Assembly: GCA_051882875.1 (NCBI GenBank)
Contig: JBJESQ010000043.1
Span: 7,284-71,283, forward strand
Origin: Lentihominibacter sp.
GTDB lineage: Bacteria > Bacillota > Clostridia > Peptostreptococcales > Anaerovoracaceae
DNA length: 64,000 bases
Reading direction: 5' to 3'
The translations under genes and the position numbers were made by a program. The notes under the pieces are model-generated. The model was not told the origin of the DNA. It made no database searches and was given only the letters and a program-made list of their open reading frames with translations. Positions 53,721 through 63,064 of the stretch are shown piece by piece. The stretch's first letter is position 1. Every line of letters starts with the position of its first letter.

Positions 53721-56657
53721 TTATTTAGCCAGCTTGTTCAGGTAACCTTCCAGTTCATCCATGTATTTGCCATACGATGACCAGTCTCCGTCCTTCAGAG
53801 CATCCTGGGCGTTTTCATATGCGCCCTGGGCTGCTTCTGCCAGTTCTGTCTTTGACATTCCTGTGCTTCCTGCGCTGCTGTTATCCTTGCTGCCTGTTTC
53901 CTCCTTGCTTCCTCCGTTTGCGGAGCCCTCACCGAACATGCTGGTCAGAGCTTCTGCCAGAGTTGCCTCGTATGCGATGTTATCACCGTATACTACAATT
54001 ACTCTCTTAACTTCCGGAATACTTGAGTTGGTAGCTTCCAGATATACAGGTTCTACATAGAGGAGTGAATCTTCGATCGGTATGACGAAGAGGTTTCCTC
54101 TGCTGTACTTGGAGCCTGAAGAACTCCACAGTGAGAATTCCTTGGAAATCTCGGTGTTCTGGTCTATCTGAGCTTCAACCTGCATTGGACCGTAAACAAT
54201 CTTGCTCTTTGGCATCTGATACAGAACCAGCTTGCCGTAATTGTCACCGTCGTTGCGTGCCACCAGCAGACCCATCAGATTCTTCTTGTCCTTCGGAGTG
54301 AACGGAATTGAGTTCACAAATTCTGCGCTCTCTTCACCAGGAAGCTTCATGATGTAGTAGTTCGGCGTCATAGGCTGTTCTTCAGTTCCGTAGATTTCCG
54401 AAGCAATCTGCCACAGGTCCTCGTTCTGATAGAATACCTTGACATCGTTCATGTGATATCTCTGGTATATCTGCGCCTGAATGTTCAGGAGAGTTCCCGG
54501 ATATCTGATGTGAGACTTCAGACCCTCAGGCATTTCCTCAAAGTCCTTAAAGAGCTTCGGATATATGCTCTTGAATGTCTGTGCGATAGGGTCGCTGTCG
54601 TCCACGATGTAGTAGTCGGTGTCCCCTGTGTATGCGTCGATTACAACCTTGATGGAGTTTCTCACATAGTTAACATCTGTATCCTCGCTGTACGGCTCGG
54701 AGTATGGATATCTGTTGGTTGCTGTGTAGGCATCGATAATCCAGTAGAGCTTGCCTCCATCCGTTACCATGTAAGGATCGCTGTCGTAATCCAGGTAAGG
54801 CATGATTTCCTTGACTCTCTGTTCGATATTTCTGTTAATCAGTATTCTGGAATCGCTGTTGATATTTCCCGATACCAGCATCTTAAGGGACTTCTCTCTT
54901 ACGGAGAACATGAGTCTTGTAAGCGGATTCAGGCTGATTCCGGAATCTGCCTTATACTTACAGTACTTGTTGCTGTTTCCGTCAGGATAGTCGAATTCCT
55001 CTTCGTCTGTATTAACCAGAACATAGTCGTTCGTCAACTCGCCGAAGTAAATCTCAGGTCTAGTTACTTCGATATCCACTGATGATTCAGGCGGAATGCT
55101 GTCGATAAGCATATCAGGCTGACCGCTTGCAGTAATCTTATCTACTCTGGAGAGAGTGATTCCGTAGCCGTGTGTATACTTGAGATGCTTGTTCAGCCAC
55201 GTACTGCTTATCTTTTCCTCGTCGATTTCTCTGGCTGAGAGGAATGTCTGAGTGTAGTCGCCGTCGATGGTGTATCTGTCAACGTCAACATCATTGAATT
55301 CGTAGTACTGTCTTATTGACTGAGTCTGATTGTAGAACTTCATTGCCGGAGCATAGTCGTTGATTCTGATGTTCGAAATTGTTTCATCATTATTGGCTAT
55401 GTCTTCTCCGCTGAGGTCCTCTGTGGCCTTGAAGGCCTTCACATCAACGCCGTCCAGCCCGTATGCATACTGGGTGTACTCTATGTTTCTTTCGAGATAT
55501 TTGCTTTCCTTGTTGATTTCATCAGGTGCTACGATGAAGTTCTGGACAACCAGTCCCACACCTGTTCCAAGGATGCCTACAGCCACCATGATTGCAGGGC
55601 AGATTACTGCCACCTTAAGCTTTTTCTTTGAGATTCCGATTGCGACTGTAATTGCGGAAATCACCGCCAGAACAATGAGAACCCTGTACATCCACATCGT
55701 GACGTTTACATCTGTGAAACCTGCACCGTAAACAGCACCTGTACTTCCGAAGAGCAGGTCAAACTGCTTCAGCAGGAAGTAGACACCTATCATCAGGAAG
55801 AAGAGCACCGCTACAATTATCAGCTGCTTCTCGGCAATATGGACAATCATCATGAGATTCCTGTTGTCCAGCTGCTTCTTCGGTTTTTTCTTTTTGCCGC
55901 CGAATCCGCCGGCATTTCCTCTGCCGCCGCCGAACTGCTTGGCAAATTTGCCGAACATCTCATTGATCTCACTGAAAGGATTGTCATCTACAGGACGACC
56001 GCCGCCTTCACCGGTGTATCTGTCTTCTTCATATTCATAGTCGTCATCTGCCGCTTCTGCGTATTCCGATTCAGTCTCCTCCTCAACCTCCTCGAAGACT
56101 CTCGGAGTTCTCATAGACATAAGAATGGAATAGTACACGAATGTAAGCAGTGCGAAGATAACGATAAGCATTATCACTATCTGATTCAGCTCTTCAACAA
56201 AGTTCAGCTTGAACACATAGAATGATATGTCTATGTTGTACAGTGGATCTTTGATGTCAAAGTCCGAGCTGTTGGTAAACTGCAGCGTCTGGAACCAGAG
56301 TCTTGTCACTGCAAAGTACGCAGAGAGCGCACCTACCACGCCTGCCAGTCCCCATGTTATTAGGTTCAGCTTCCTGTTGTCAGGTATTTCATCTGACTCA
56401 ACCTTGTTGTTGTAGCCCTTCTTAATGAACTTCAGGTAAACATAGGTCAGGAACGTTATCACAACAAACGTCGGAATTCCCACCTTCAGCTGGGTAAACA
56501 GCTTGGTAAAGAATACTGACAGATAACCCAGATCCTTGAACCACATGAGGTCTGTCAGCCAGTTAATGAGCACGACAAACAACAATATTATTGCCAGGGC
56601 AACAATAATTATCCCCTTCGCTCCCACTTTTTTCTTTTTCTTTTCAGTTGCCTCCAA
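53721..56657 (-). CDS. UPF0182 family membrane protein
   Basis: TDLMWFKDLGY, NIRIND, YTHGYG and YVRNSIKVVIDAYTG motifs. Confidence 0.93.
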   Translation of the reverse strand: MEATEKKKKKVGAKGIIIVALAIILLFVVLINWLTDLMWFKDLGYLSVFFTKLFTQLKVGIPTFVVITFLTYVYLKFIKKGYNNKVESDEIPDNRKLNLITWGLAGVVGALSAYFAVTRLWFQTLQFTNSSDFDIKDPLYNIDISFYVFKLNFVEELNQIVIMLIVIFALLTFVYYSILMSMRTPRVFEEVEEETESEYAEAADDDYEYEEDRYTGEGGGRPVDDNPFSEINEMFGKFAKQFGGGRGNAGGFGGKKKKPKKQLDNRNLMMIVHIAEKQLIIVAVLFFLMIGVYFLLKQFDLLFGSTGAVYGAGFTDVNVTMWMYRVLIVLAVISAITVAIGISKKKLKVAVICPAIMVAVGILGTGVGLVVQNFIVAPDEINKESKYLERNIEYTQYAYGLDGVDVKAFKATEDLSGEDIANNDETISNIRINDYAPAMKFYNQTQSIRQYYEFNDVDVDRYTIDGDYTQTFLSAREIDEEKISSTWLNKHLKYTHGYGITLSRVDKITASGQPDMLIDSIPPESSVDIEVTRPEIYFGELTNDYVLVNTDEEEFDYPDGNSNKYCKYKADSGISLNPLTRLMFSVREKSLKMLVSGNINSDSRILINRNIEQRVKEIMPYLDYDSDPYMVTDGGKLYWIIDAYTATNRYPYSEPYSEDTDVNYVRNSIKVVIDAYTGDTDYYIVDDSDPIAQTFKSIYPKLFKDFEEMPEGLKSHIRYPGTLLNIQAQIYQRYHMNDVKVFYQNEDLWQIASEIYGTEEQPMTPNYYIMKLPGEESAEFVNSIPFTPKDKKNLMGLLVARNDGDNYGKLVLYQMPKSKIVYGPMQVEAQIDQNTEISKEFSLWSSSGSKYSRGNLFVIPIEDSLLYVEPVYLEATNSSIPEVKRVIVVYGDNIAYEATLAEALTSMFGEGSANGGSKEETGSKDNSSAGSTGMSKTELAEAAQGAYENAQDALKDGDWSSYGKYMDELEGYLNKLAK

Positions 56658-56679
56658 AGCGAATAACCTCCTTTTTTAA

Positions 56680-59181
56680 CTATACTTCATAATCTGTTCC
56701 CGGAATTGAGTAGTCTGTTTCGCTTCCGGTAATAAGATGAATGACTTTGTTCAGCTGATTGTCGATAAACTCAGCTGCACCGCTGTTTGGTGCCAGGAAC
56801 TTGATTCCGATTCCTGCCAGCTCAACGGCAAATATTACGATAAGGATAACAAGGAGAATCTTGAGAACAATACGGCCTGCACCGCCCTTTTCTCTGACTT
56901 CATTCTCTGCGTCATCAGAACCGTCTCTGTAATCCTCTCCTGCAAATTTCTGTTCACCGGCCCCTGTGAAATCATCCTCGATTCCTCCGTAGAAGCTGTC
57001 CATTGCCTTTGCAGCGTCCTCTTCCTGACGGCGCTTAAACTCCGCGGCTTCCTTTTCACCGTAGCTGTCGAAGCTGCCCGGTAATTCATCCTCTCCGGTT
57101 TCAGCAGCCGGCATTACCATTGTATCCTCAAGGCCCGGCTTCAGGGCTTCGTTTGTTCCCGCAGCCGGCTTCAGAGCAGGCTCTTCCTTTGGCGCGAAGC
57201 CGCCTTCGGATGTTAAGGCGTCTTCAGTCTGCTGTGTCTCTGCTGCAGGTGCCGGAGCATCCTGTTCAGATTTCTGAATTTCCTCTGCTGAGGTTTCTTC
57301 GAATCTGTTCAGCAAATCCTCAACTGTTGCATCTTCTGATTTAAGCTTCAAATCAGGTTCTGCCGGTGCGGACGGTATCTCCTGAAGCGAATCTTCTATT
57401 TCTTTCAGCTCGCTCTTGCTGATTTTTACTGTGGTTCCCAGTCCTGCCAGTACTGCCGCCTTATCTACAGTTCTGGTCTGTACCAGCTCGCTGTTGTCCA
57501 GCATTGTATTTCTTCCCGTAACCGGCTTCTCGCCCAGCAGTTCCTCCACAGTTGACGGTATCGGCTCCCCGGCAGGTGCTTTTTTCTCATTGTCAAGTCC
57601 GAATTCTGCCAGGAATTCCGCTCTGGCTCTGGCCATTTCGCTCAGGTTGTCGCGATGTGCCTGATGTGCTCTTCTGTCTCCCTCCAGCTTGGCGTCAACG
57701 GCCGGGTCCGGAGCTTTCGCAGCTGCTGCCGATGCGGCAGGTGCCTCAACAACTGCCGGTTCTTCAGAGACTGCCGCTGCAGCCGGAACTTCCGGAGCTG
57801 CAGATGCTGCAGGAGCTGCCGTCATTTCAGGTACAGGCGCCGGCTCTGCCGGTACCTGCCTCGGTGAAAACTCGCCCTTGAGCTTGGCGATTTCCGCTTT
57901 AATCTTTGCCTCTTCCTCTGCCTTCATCCTTGCTGTCTGTGCAAGAGCCGTACGAACCTCTTCGGCTGCAGCGGCAGAGTTTGCCTGTCTTGCAAGGTTG
58001 TCCTGTTCGGCTGCCAGCCTCTCTCTGATGCTTGCCTCTTCATTGCTGCGTCTTTCGGCTTCCTTAGCCCGTCTTTCGGCTTCCAGGGCAGCCATTCTGG
58101 CTTCTCTCTGTTCTTTTATCTTCTGAGCCTCCTGCTGCGCTCTGTATTCAGCTTCAGCTTTCAGTCTCTGTTCTTCCTCTTCTGCTTTTCTTCTGGCTTC
58201 TTCTTCAGCTCTGATTTTTTCTTCCTCCAGAGCTCTGATTCTCATTTCTTCTTCGGCGCGTTTCGCCTCTTCCTCTGCCTGTCTTGCCAGCTCCTCGGCC
58301 TTTGCCTTTGCTTCTGCAACAGCCCTTTCTCTGGCTTCTTCCTCAGCTCTGGCTCTGGCCTCTGCTATAGCTGCCTCTCTGGCTTCCGCCTCTGCCTTGC
58401 GGCGGGCTTCCTCGGCAATTCTCATTTCTTCCTCAGCCTTAAGCCTTGCTTCCTCAAGAGCTTTCTCTCTGGCTTCTTCCTCCAGGCGTGCCTGTTCCTT
58501 AGCACGCTCCTGAGCTTCTATTCTCTGCAGCACATCAGATTCGAAGGCCTTCGGCTCATAGGATCTGACAGCGCCTTCTCTCTCCAGAAACGCTTCCATA
58601 GAATTATCTTTAGGTCTCTCTTCGAACTTCTGATCAGCTGTCTTTTCGGCAACTGACTGCTCCTGTCCAATCGGATTTCCCGTTCTGATTTTATCGTATT
58701 CTCTGTCCAGAAGCTTCTGGAATTCTTCATTTTTGCTGTTAAAGGTGTAGAATTTCTCTATTTCCGAAGCCGGACTTTCCTTTGCCGGTTCTGCGGTATT
58801 GTCTGACCACAAAGACTGCACCGCTGCCGCAGGCTGCGGCTTTGAAGGCATCAAATCCTCTACAGAAAGCTCTGCTCCGGCAGCAACCTCGGCCTTTTCT
58901 TCCGTAGAAAGACCTCTTGTAAATCTGTCTTTGACATCATTCGGATCTGCGTTCCAGTCGAAGTCAATGTCCTCTGTTTTTGTTATTTTGTCCTGACTTG
59001 GATAATCGTTGACATTCCAGTCGAATTCTTCAAAAACAGGTTTTCCGGTATCTCGCGCTGCAGGCTCCTCAGCCGGCGCTTCCTTTGCTGCCGGTTCAAC
59101 AGGGACCTCAACCGGTGCTCCGCAGAAATTGCAGAACATTGATCCCTCGGCTATTTGTTTTCCGCACTTATTACAATACAT
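56680..59181 (-). CDS. Zinc-ribbon protein with a long Ala/Glu/Arg coiled coil and a C-terminal TM
   Basis: MYCNKCG...FCNFCG, an EEEARxRA-type helical region, and a hydrophobic helix near the C-terminus. Confidence 0.82.
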   Translation of the reverse strand: MYCNKCGKQIAEGSMFCNFCGAPVEVPVEPAAKEAPAEEPAARDTGKPVFEEFDWNVNDYPSQDKITKTEDIDFDWNADPNDVKDRFTRGLSTEEKAEVAAGAELSVEDLMPSKPQPAAAVQSLWSDNTAEPAKESPASEIEKFYTFNSKNEEFQKLLDREYDKIRTGNPIGQEQSVAEKTADQKFEERPKDNSMEAFLEREGAVRSYEPKAFESDVLQRIEAQERAKEQARLEEEAREKALEEARLKAEEEMRIAEEARRKAEAEAREAAIAEARARAEEEARERAVAEAKAKAEELARQAEEEAKRAEEEMRIRALEEEKIRAEEEARRKAEEEEQRLKAEAEYRAQQEAQKIKEQREARMAALEAERRAKEAERRSNEEASIRERLAAEQDNLARQANSAAAAEEVRTALAQTARMKAEEEAKIKAEIAKLKGEFSPRQVPAEPAPVPEMTAAPAASAAPEVPAAAAVSEEPAVVEAPAASAAAAKAPDPAVDAKLEGDRRAHQAHRDNLSEMARARAEFLAEFGLDNEKKAPAGEPIPSTVEELLGEKPVTGRNTMLDNSELVQTRTVDKAAVLAGLGTTVKISKSELKEIEDSLQEIPSAPAEPDLKLKSEDATVEDLLNRFEETSAEEIQKSEQDAPAPAAETQQTEDALTSEGGFAPKEEPALKPAAGTNEALKPGLEDTMVMPAAETGEDELPGSFDSYGEKEAAEFKRRQEEDAAKAMDSFYGGIEDDFTGAGEQKFAGEDYRDGSDDAENEVREKGGAGRIVLKILLVILIVIFAVELAGIGIKFLAPNSGAAEFIDNQLNKVIHLITGSETDYSIPGTDYEV

Positions 59182-59210
59182 TCTATCCTCCTCTAGTTTA
59201 TCAACTAGTA

Positions 59211-59744
59211 TTACGCCCTGATCAGATCTTCCAGTTCAGAGGCTGTATATTTCCTGCCGCTCTTTCCTACATCATATCCCATATGATGGTTTGACGGCGG
59301 ATAAGCTGTTACCGGTGCCGGCTCCGATTTCGGTGCCGGCCTTACTGGCTCAGGCTCCGGTGCCGGCATTGGCTCAGGCTCCGGCTCCTGCGTCTCAGCG
59401 ACCTCCTCCATGAGCCAGTCTTCGAAATCGTCATCAAAGAGATCCTCCAGTGATATCTCGTCAAGCTCCCTTGCCGCGCTGACTTGCTCTGCGCATTCCC
59501 GTGTATTCTCCGGCGGAGCCTCAACAGCTCTGACTGGGCTGCTTTCTTCAAGCTTCGCCGCCAGATAATTCGTCCGCTCCGATATTAGTTTTTCCATGTT
59601 ATCCAGGCTGTCCTCAAGACCCTTTATCCTCGTCTCATTCTTCTGTGAGCTTTTGATGCTTTTGAGAGAGCATATGATAAAGAAAACACCCAGTGCTATG
59701 AACAGTCCTGCAGCAATTACGGCTATAGCCATTGCTACTTCCAT
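59211..59744 (-). CDS. Hypothetical protein with an N-terminal TM and a Pro/Glu-rich linker
   Basis: Hydrophobic first 25 aa, EPEP repeats, SD GGGGGAC; the ORF fills the intergenic space. Confidence 0.7.
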   Translation of the reverse strand: MEVAMAIAVIAAGLFIALGVFFIICSLKSIKSSQKNETRIKGLEDSLDNMEKLISERTNYLAAKLEESSPVRAVEAPPENTRECAEQVSAARELDEISLEDLFDDDFEDWLMEEVAETQEPEPEPMPAPEPEPVRPAPKSEPAPVTAYPPSNHHMGYDVGKSGRKYTASELEDLIRA

Positions 59745-59907
59745 TTGATTTTGTCCCCCTGCTTTCTATCCCAAACAATACGCGCCATCTTATACTTATG
59801 GTACTTATAGATATAGGCATTATACAACAAAAAAGGCGGTATTACCACCTTTTTCCTTTTATTCTGCTATTGTGATGTGATTCCCGGATGTTGAAGCAAA
59901 TCAGCGA

Positions 59908-59951
59908 GAATTTCAATTGCTGCAGCAAGACGCCGCCGTCGGGGCAGCTGC
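59908..59951 (+). repeat. 44-bp direct repeat, left flank of hicAB
   Basis: 38 of 44 positions are identical to 60725-60768. Confidence 0.75.
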
Positions 59952-60022
59952 GGAACTGCAGGCCGACTTGGGAACCTGCTGCTGGGCAGCAGACTGCATT
60001 GGGGCCTTTGATTGTCAGGCAC

Positions 60023-60430
60023 TTACAGTATGCCAAGCTTACTCTTCAAGCCCTCCTGCAGCACCTTGGAGAAGTTTATATTTCTGGCAACGGCTTCTTC
60101 GTTAAGCCACTCAGGAATTGTCAGTGTCTTCTTAACTGATTTCTTACTATTTCTTCGATGGTACTCCAAAGTGTCGCAGGCGACATAGCTCACAAATTCA
60201 TTTTTCTCCGGATTAATCCATCCTATTTCAGATGCTTCAGGTATAAGCTCGCCTTTGCTTTCCTTGGAATAAAGCATCATTGCCAGCGCATCCTCTGCCA
60301 TTGCAATCGCATCCGGAAGATCATCTCCACAAGTTACACATCCCTGTATATCAGGAAACGAAACTCCGTAGGATATTCGGCCATCATTTGTTATTTCCTT
60401 TTTGAATACTGCCGGATATACATATTTCAT
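60023..60430 (-). CDS. hicB: HicB-family antitoxin
   Basis: YPAVF...VSFPDIQGCVTCGD...AEDAL and C-terminal KKTLTIPEWL...INFSKVLQE. Confidence 0.93.
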   Translation of the reverse strand: MKYVYPAVFKKEITNDGRISYGVSFPDIQGCVTCGDDLPDAIAMAEDALAMMLYSKESKGELIPEASEIGWINPEKNEFVSYVACDTLEYHRRNSKKSVKKTLTIPEWLNEEAVARNINFSKVLQEGLKSKLGIL

Positions 60431-60630
60431 CGTTTATTACCCCTTTTCTCAATTCCTGCTGATTTCAGAATAGAATCGGCTGTTCCAGTTGGCAGCTCCT
60501 TTGACTTGTGTCTTGATACCGTAAAATCACAGCCGGTAATCGGGCTATGCCATATATCATGTTTTGCTCCATGCAAGACAAGTTCGCAACCGTTTTTCTT
60601 CAATAATCTGATAATCTCTGATACTTTCAT
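60427..60630 (-). CDS. hicA: HicA-family toxin
   Basis: LKKNGC...HGAKHDIW...GTADSILKSAG. It overlaps hicB by 4 nt. Confidence 0.92.
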   Translation of the reverse strand: MKVSEIIRLLKKNGCELVLHGAKHDIWHSPITGCDFTVSRHKSKELPTGTADSILKSAGIEKRGNKR

Positions 60631-60724
60631 AATACGCGCCTTTTCTAAATTGTAACACGTATTGGCACGTATGTAAATGGGTTGTTAACAGGTTGTCTTC
60701 CCTGTTGTTGCAGTTTTCTTCATT

Positions 60725-60768
60725 GAATTTCAGTTGCTGCAGCAAAGCGCCGCAGTCAGGGCGGCTGC
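60725..60768 (+). repeat. 44-bp direct repeat, right flank of hicAB
   Basis: GAATTTCAGTTGCTGCAGCAAAGCGCCGCAGTCAGGGCGGCTGC, matching 59908-59951. Confidence 0.75.
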
Positions 60769-60789
60769 ATAGCAGCAGTCAGCCCGCTG

Positions 60790-61383
60790 CTATCTCATCT
60801 TGAAGTCCACGCCAAGCTCTGCTGCCTTTGCACGGCACCTGTCCAGAGATTCCCCGGAGATTGCAGAGCTGACCACGGAAACCGTTACCTGAGGTACGTA
60901 CTGCTTCACGTCCCGGATGTACTTCAGAATTGCGTCGTAGGACTCGCGCCCGAACCGGGGCATGCAGAGCTCGTAATACTTGTCCCGGTCCGCCTCGTTG
61001 AGGCTGATGGAAACCATGTCGATTTTGCCTTTGAGCCAGGGTGCCGTGTCTTCGCCCCAGATCAGATCGGCCAGCCCGTTGGTATTGATTCGAACAGGCT
61101 TGCCCCAGGATGCCTTGATGAATACCGCCAGCTCCAGCAGGTCCTTGAGCCTTTCGGTTGGTTCGCCGTAGCCGCAGAAGACAACTTCATCATAGCGGCT
61201 TACATCCCACCGCCTGAGCTCTGCCTTCACCTCTTCAACCGAGGGGTCCTTCTCCAGCACAAGGCTGTCAGCATCCCCAAGGGAGTCGGTATAATTTCTG
61301 ATGCAGAACCTGCATGCATTGGGGCATTTGTTTGTAAGGTTAATGTATAATCCTCCGAAATAATCGTATACTATTGATGCCAT
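60790..61383 (-). CDS. TatD-associated radical SAM protein (TIGR04100-like)
   Basis: Start moved to ATG 61383 (SD AGGAGG). LYINLTNKCPNACRFC and VVFCGYGEPT motifs. Confidence 0.88.
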   Translation of the reverse strand: MASIVYDYFGGLYINLTNKCPNACRFCIRNYTDSLGDADSLVLEKDPSVEEVKAELRRWDVSRYDEVVFCGYGEPTERLKDLLELAVFIKASWGKPVRINTNGLADLIWGEDTAPWLKGKIDMVSISLNEADRDKYYELCMPRFGRESYDAILKYIRDVKQYVPQVTVSVVSSAISGESLDRCRAKAAELGVDFKMR

Positions 61384-61418
61384 ATGTGCCTCCTTTTCAG
61401 TACTCAAGTTTCCAATCC

Positions 61419-61904
61419 TCAGTCATCTGTCCTCAGATCTGCCAGTGTAAAGCTGACTGCCTTGGCAAGCTCCCCGATTCCCATCTGAACCTGGTATCCT
61501 ATTTTGCCGGCGCTGAACATTATCGTTTCGTAATCAGCTGCGGTGCTGTCCACAAATGTGGGGAAGGGTTTTTTCATTCCGATGGGGCTGCACCCTCCGT
61601 GAACATAGCCCGTAAGGGGAAGCAGCTCTTTTTCCTTTATCATTATAATGCTCTTCTCCCCGGCAGCCTTTGCGGCCTTCTTCAAATCAAGTCCGCCGGT
61701 GACGGGCACCATGAATACGTAATGCTGCCCGGTATGCCCCGATGCCACAAGGGTTTTGAAAACCTGCCTTTCGTCCTGCCCCAGAGCCGCCGCCACTTCA
61801 TTGCCGCTGATGGCTCCTGTGCTTTCATAGGAATGAGCCTCGTACTTTGCCTTTTTCTGATCAAGAATTCTCATTACATTGGTTTTGTCTGTCCTTCGTC
61901 CCAT
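61419..61904 (-). CDS. ybaK: Cys-tRNA(Pro) deacylase
   Basis: KTNVMRIL, VFKTL, TGYVHGGCSPIG and SAGKIG motifs. Confidence 0.93.
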   Translation of the reverse strand: MGRRTDKTNVMRILDQKKAKYEAHSYESTGAISGNEVAAALGQDERQVFKTLVASGHTGQHYVFMVPVTGGLDLKKAAKAAGEKSIIMIKEKELLPLTGYVHGGCSPIGMKKPFPTFVDSTAADYETIMFSAGKIGYQVQMGIGELAKAVSFTLADLRTDD

Positions 61905-61925
61905 TATTTCCTCATCTCTTTTTCT

Positions 61926-62750
61926 TTATCTCTTTATCGTCAGGTATGCGGCCATCTCACTTATAATCCCGCCGTCACCTCGATAGGAATAAAACACATC
62001 TCTGCTGCAGCAGGTGCATTCAGGCGCAGCAATAATATTCGAAGCCTTCAGCCCCGCCTCTTCCAATACAATTCTGTTTGCTTTTTTCAGGTCAAAGTGC
62101 ATGCGCCCGGTTTCCGGATTTCTTATGAGAACCATGTCCGCCTTCTCGCCCCAGAGCCTTCTCGTTTCCTCCACCACCTCCGGTCCTATTTCGTAGCAGC
62201 TGCTGCATATGCATGGCGAAATCCAGGCATGGATGTTATCCGGTTCCGCCCCGAAGTTTTCCTGCATTTGTCTCACCGTCTCCCGGCAGATTCTGTTCAG
62301 CGCCCCTCGTCGGCCTGCATGGCAAAGGCCCACAGACCTGCTCTCCGGATCTGCCAGAAAAACTGCCGAGCAGTCAGCCACATAAACCCCCAGTACTATT
62401 CCGGGGATATTCGTTACCAGCCCGTCTGTTTCCGGAATCCTCTCCCGCTTCAGGTCGTAGCCATTCCCTCCGGTGTCGGATTCCGCAGCAGTCCCGCCGG
62501 CGGAGGTGTTCCCCGGCGCCCTATCACCTGTCACCGCATAAACCCTGGCGGTATGCTTCTGGTTCACCGTCACCAGTTCCTCCGGCGCGGCTCCCATCCC
62601 GGCCAGATATTCGCGATTGTTCTTCAATATTTCCTCATAATCTTCGCCCTGCCTGTAATAGAGCTTCGGCCCCCTCTTTCCCAGGGAAAATGTCCCCCGC
62701 GCGAAATCCGGCAGCGACGCAATCATCCTGTCGTCTTCAGTGTGTTTCAC
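61926..62750 (-). CDS. pgeF: YfiH/PgeF family (polyphenol-oxidase-like, purine nucleoside phosphorylase)
   Basis: NQKHT, TDGLVT, ADC, HAGRRG, ISPCIC, CTCC and FYSYR motifs. Confidence 0.9.
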   Translation of the reverse strand: MKHTEDDRMIASLPDFARGTFSLGKRGPKLYYRQGEDYEEILKNNREYLAGMGAAPEELVTVNQKHTARVYAVTGDRAPGNTSAGGTAAESDTGGNGYDLKRERIPETDGLVTNIPGIVLGVYVADCSAVFLADPESRSVGLCHAGRRGALNRICRETVRQMQENFGAEPDNIHAWISPCICSSCYEIGPEVVEETRRLWGEKADMVLIRNPETGRMHFDLKKANRIVLEEAGLKASNIIAAPECTCCSRDVFYSYRGDGGIISEMAAYLTIKR

Positions 62751-62804
62751 AGTTCGTCTCCTTTTTATCTATATTATCACATGCAAAGGCAAGGAGGCTG
62801 TTCA

Positions 62805-63032
62805 GGTACGGATTTTTCAGCAAAAAACAGGGATTTTCGAAGGTTTTGCTGAAAAACCTCTTCTGTCTTTCAGCAGGAACAGGCACTTGCAGGTTTTTTT
62901 GCTGAAAAACCCTAGGCTGCCTGTCTGCTCATGACTCCCACACCAGGTATAGTCTGTCATTATTTTCCATTATTTCCCATTGTTTCAGCAAAAATACAGC
63001 TTTTGGACAATTTTTGCTGAAAAATCCGTACC
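62805..63032. repeat. MITE/REP-like 228-bp element with perfect 21-bp terminal inverted repeats and three internal palindromic units
   Basis: GGTACGGATTTTTCAGCAAAA (62805-62825) is the exact reverse complement of TTTTGCTGAAAAATCCGTACC (63012-63032). Confidence 0.75.
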
Positions 63033-63064
63033 CGGCAGGGCGCTGGCGATATTACAATAGATAC

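Noticed and set aside
61374-62852. 492-aa plus-strand ORF
   Set aside because: It lies antisense to the well-supported ybaK and pgeF genes and has no recognisable motifs.
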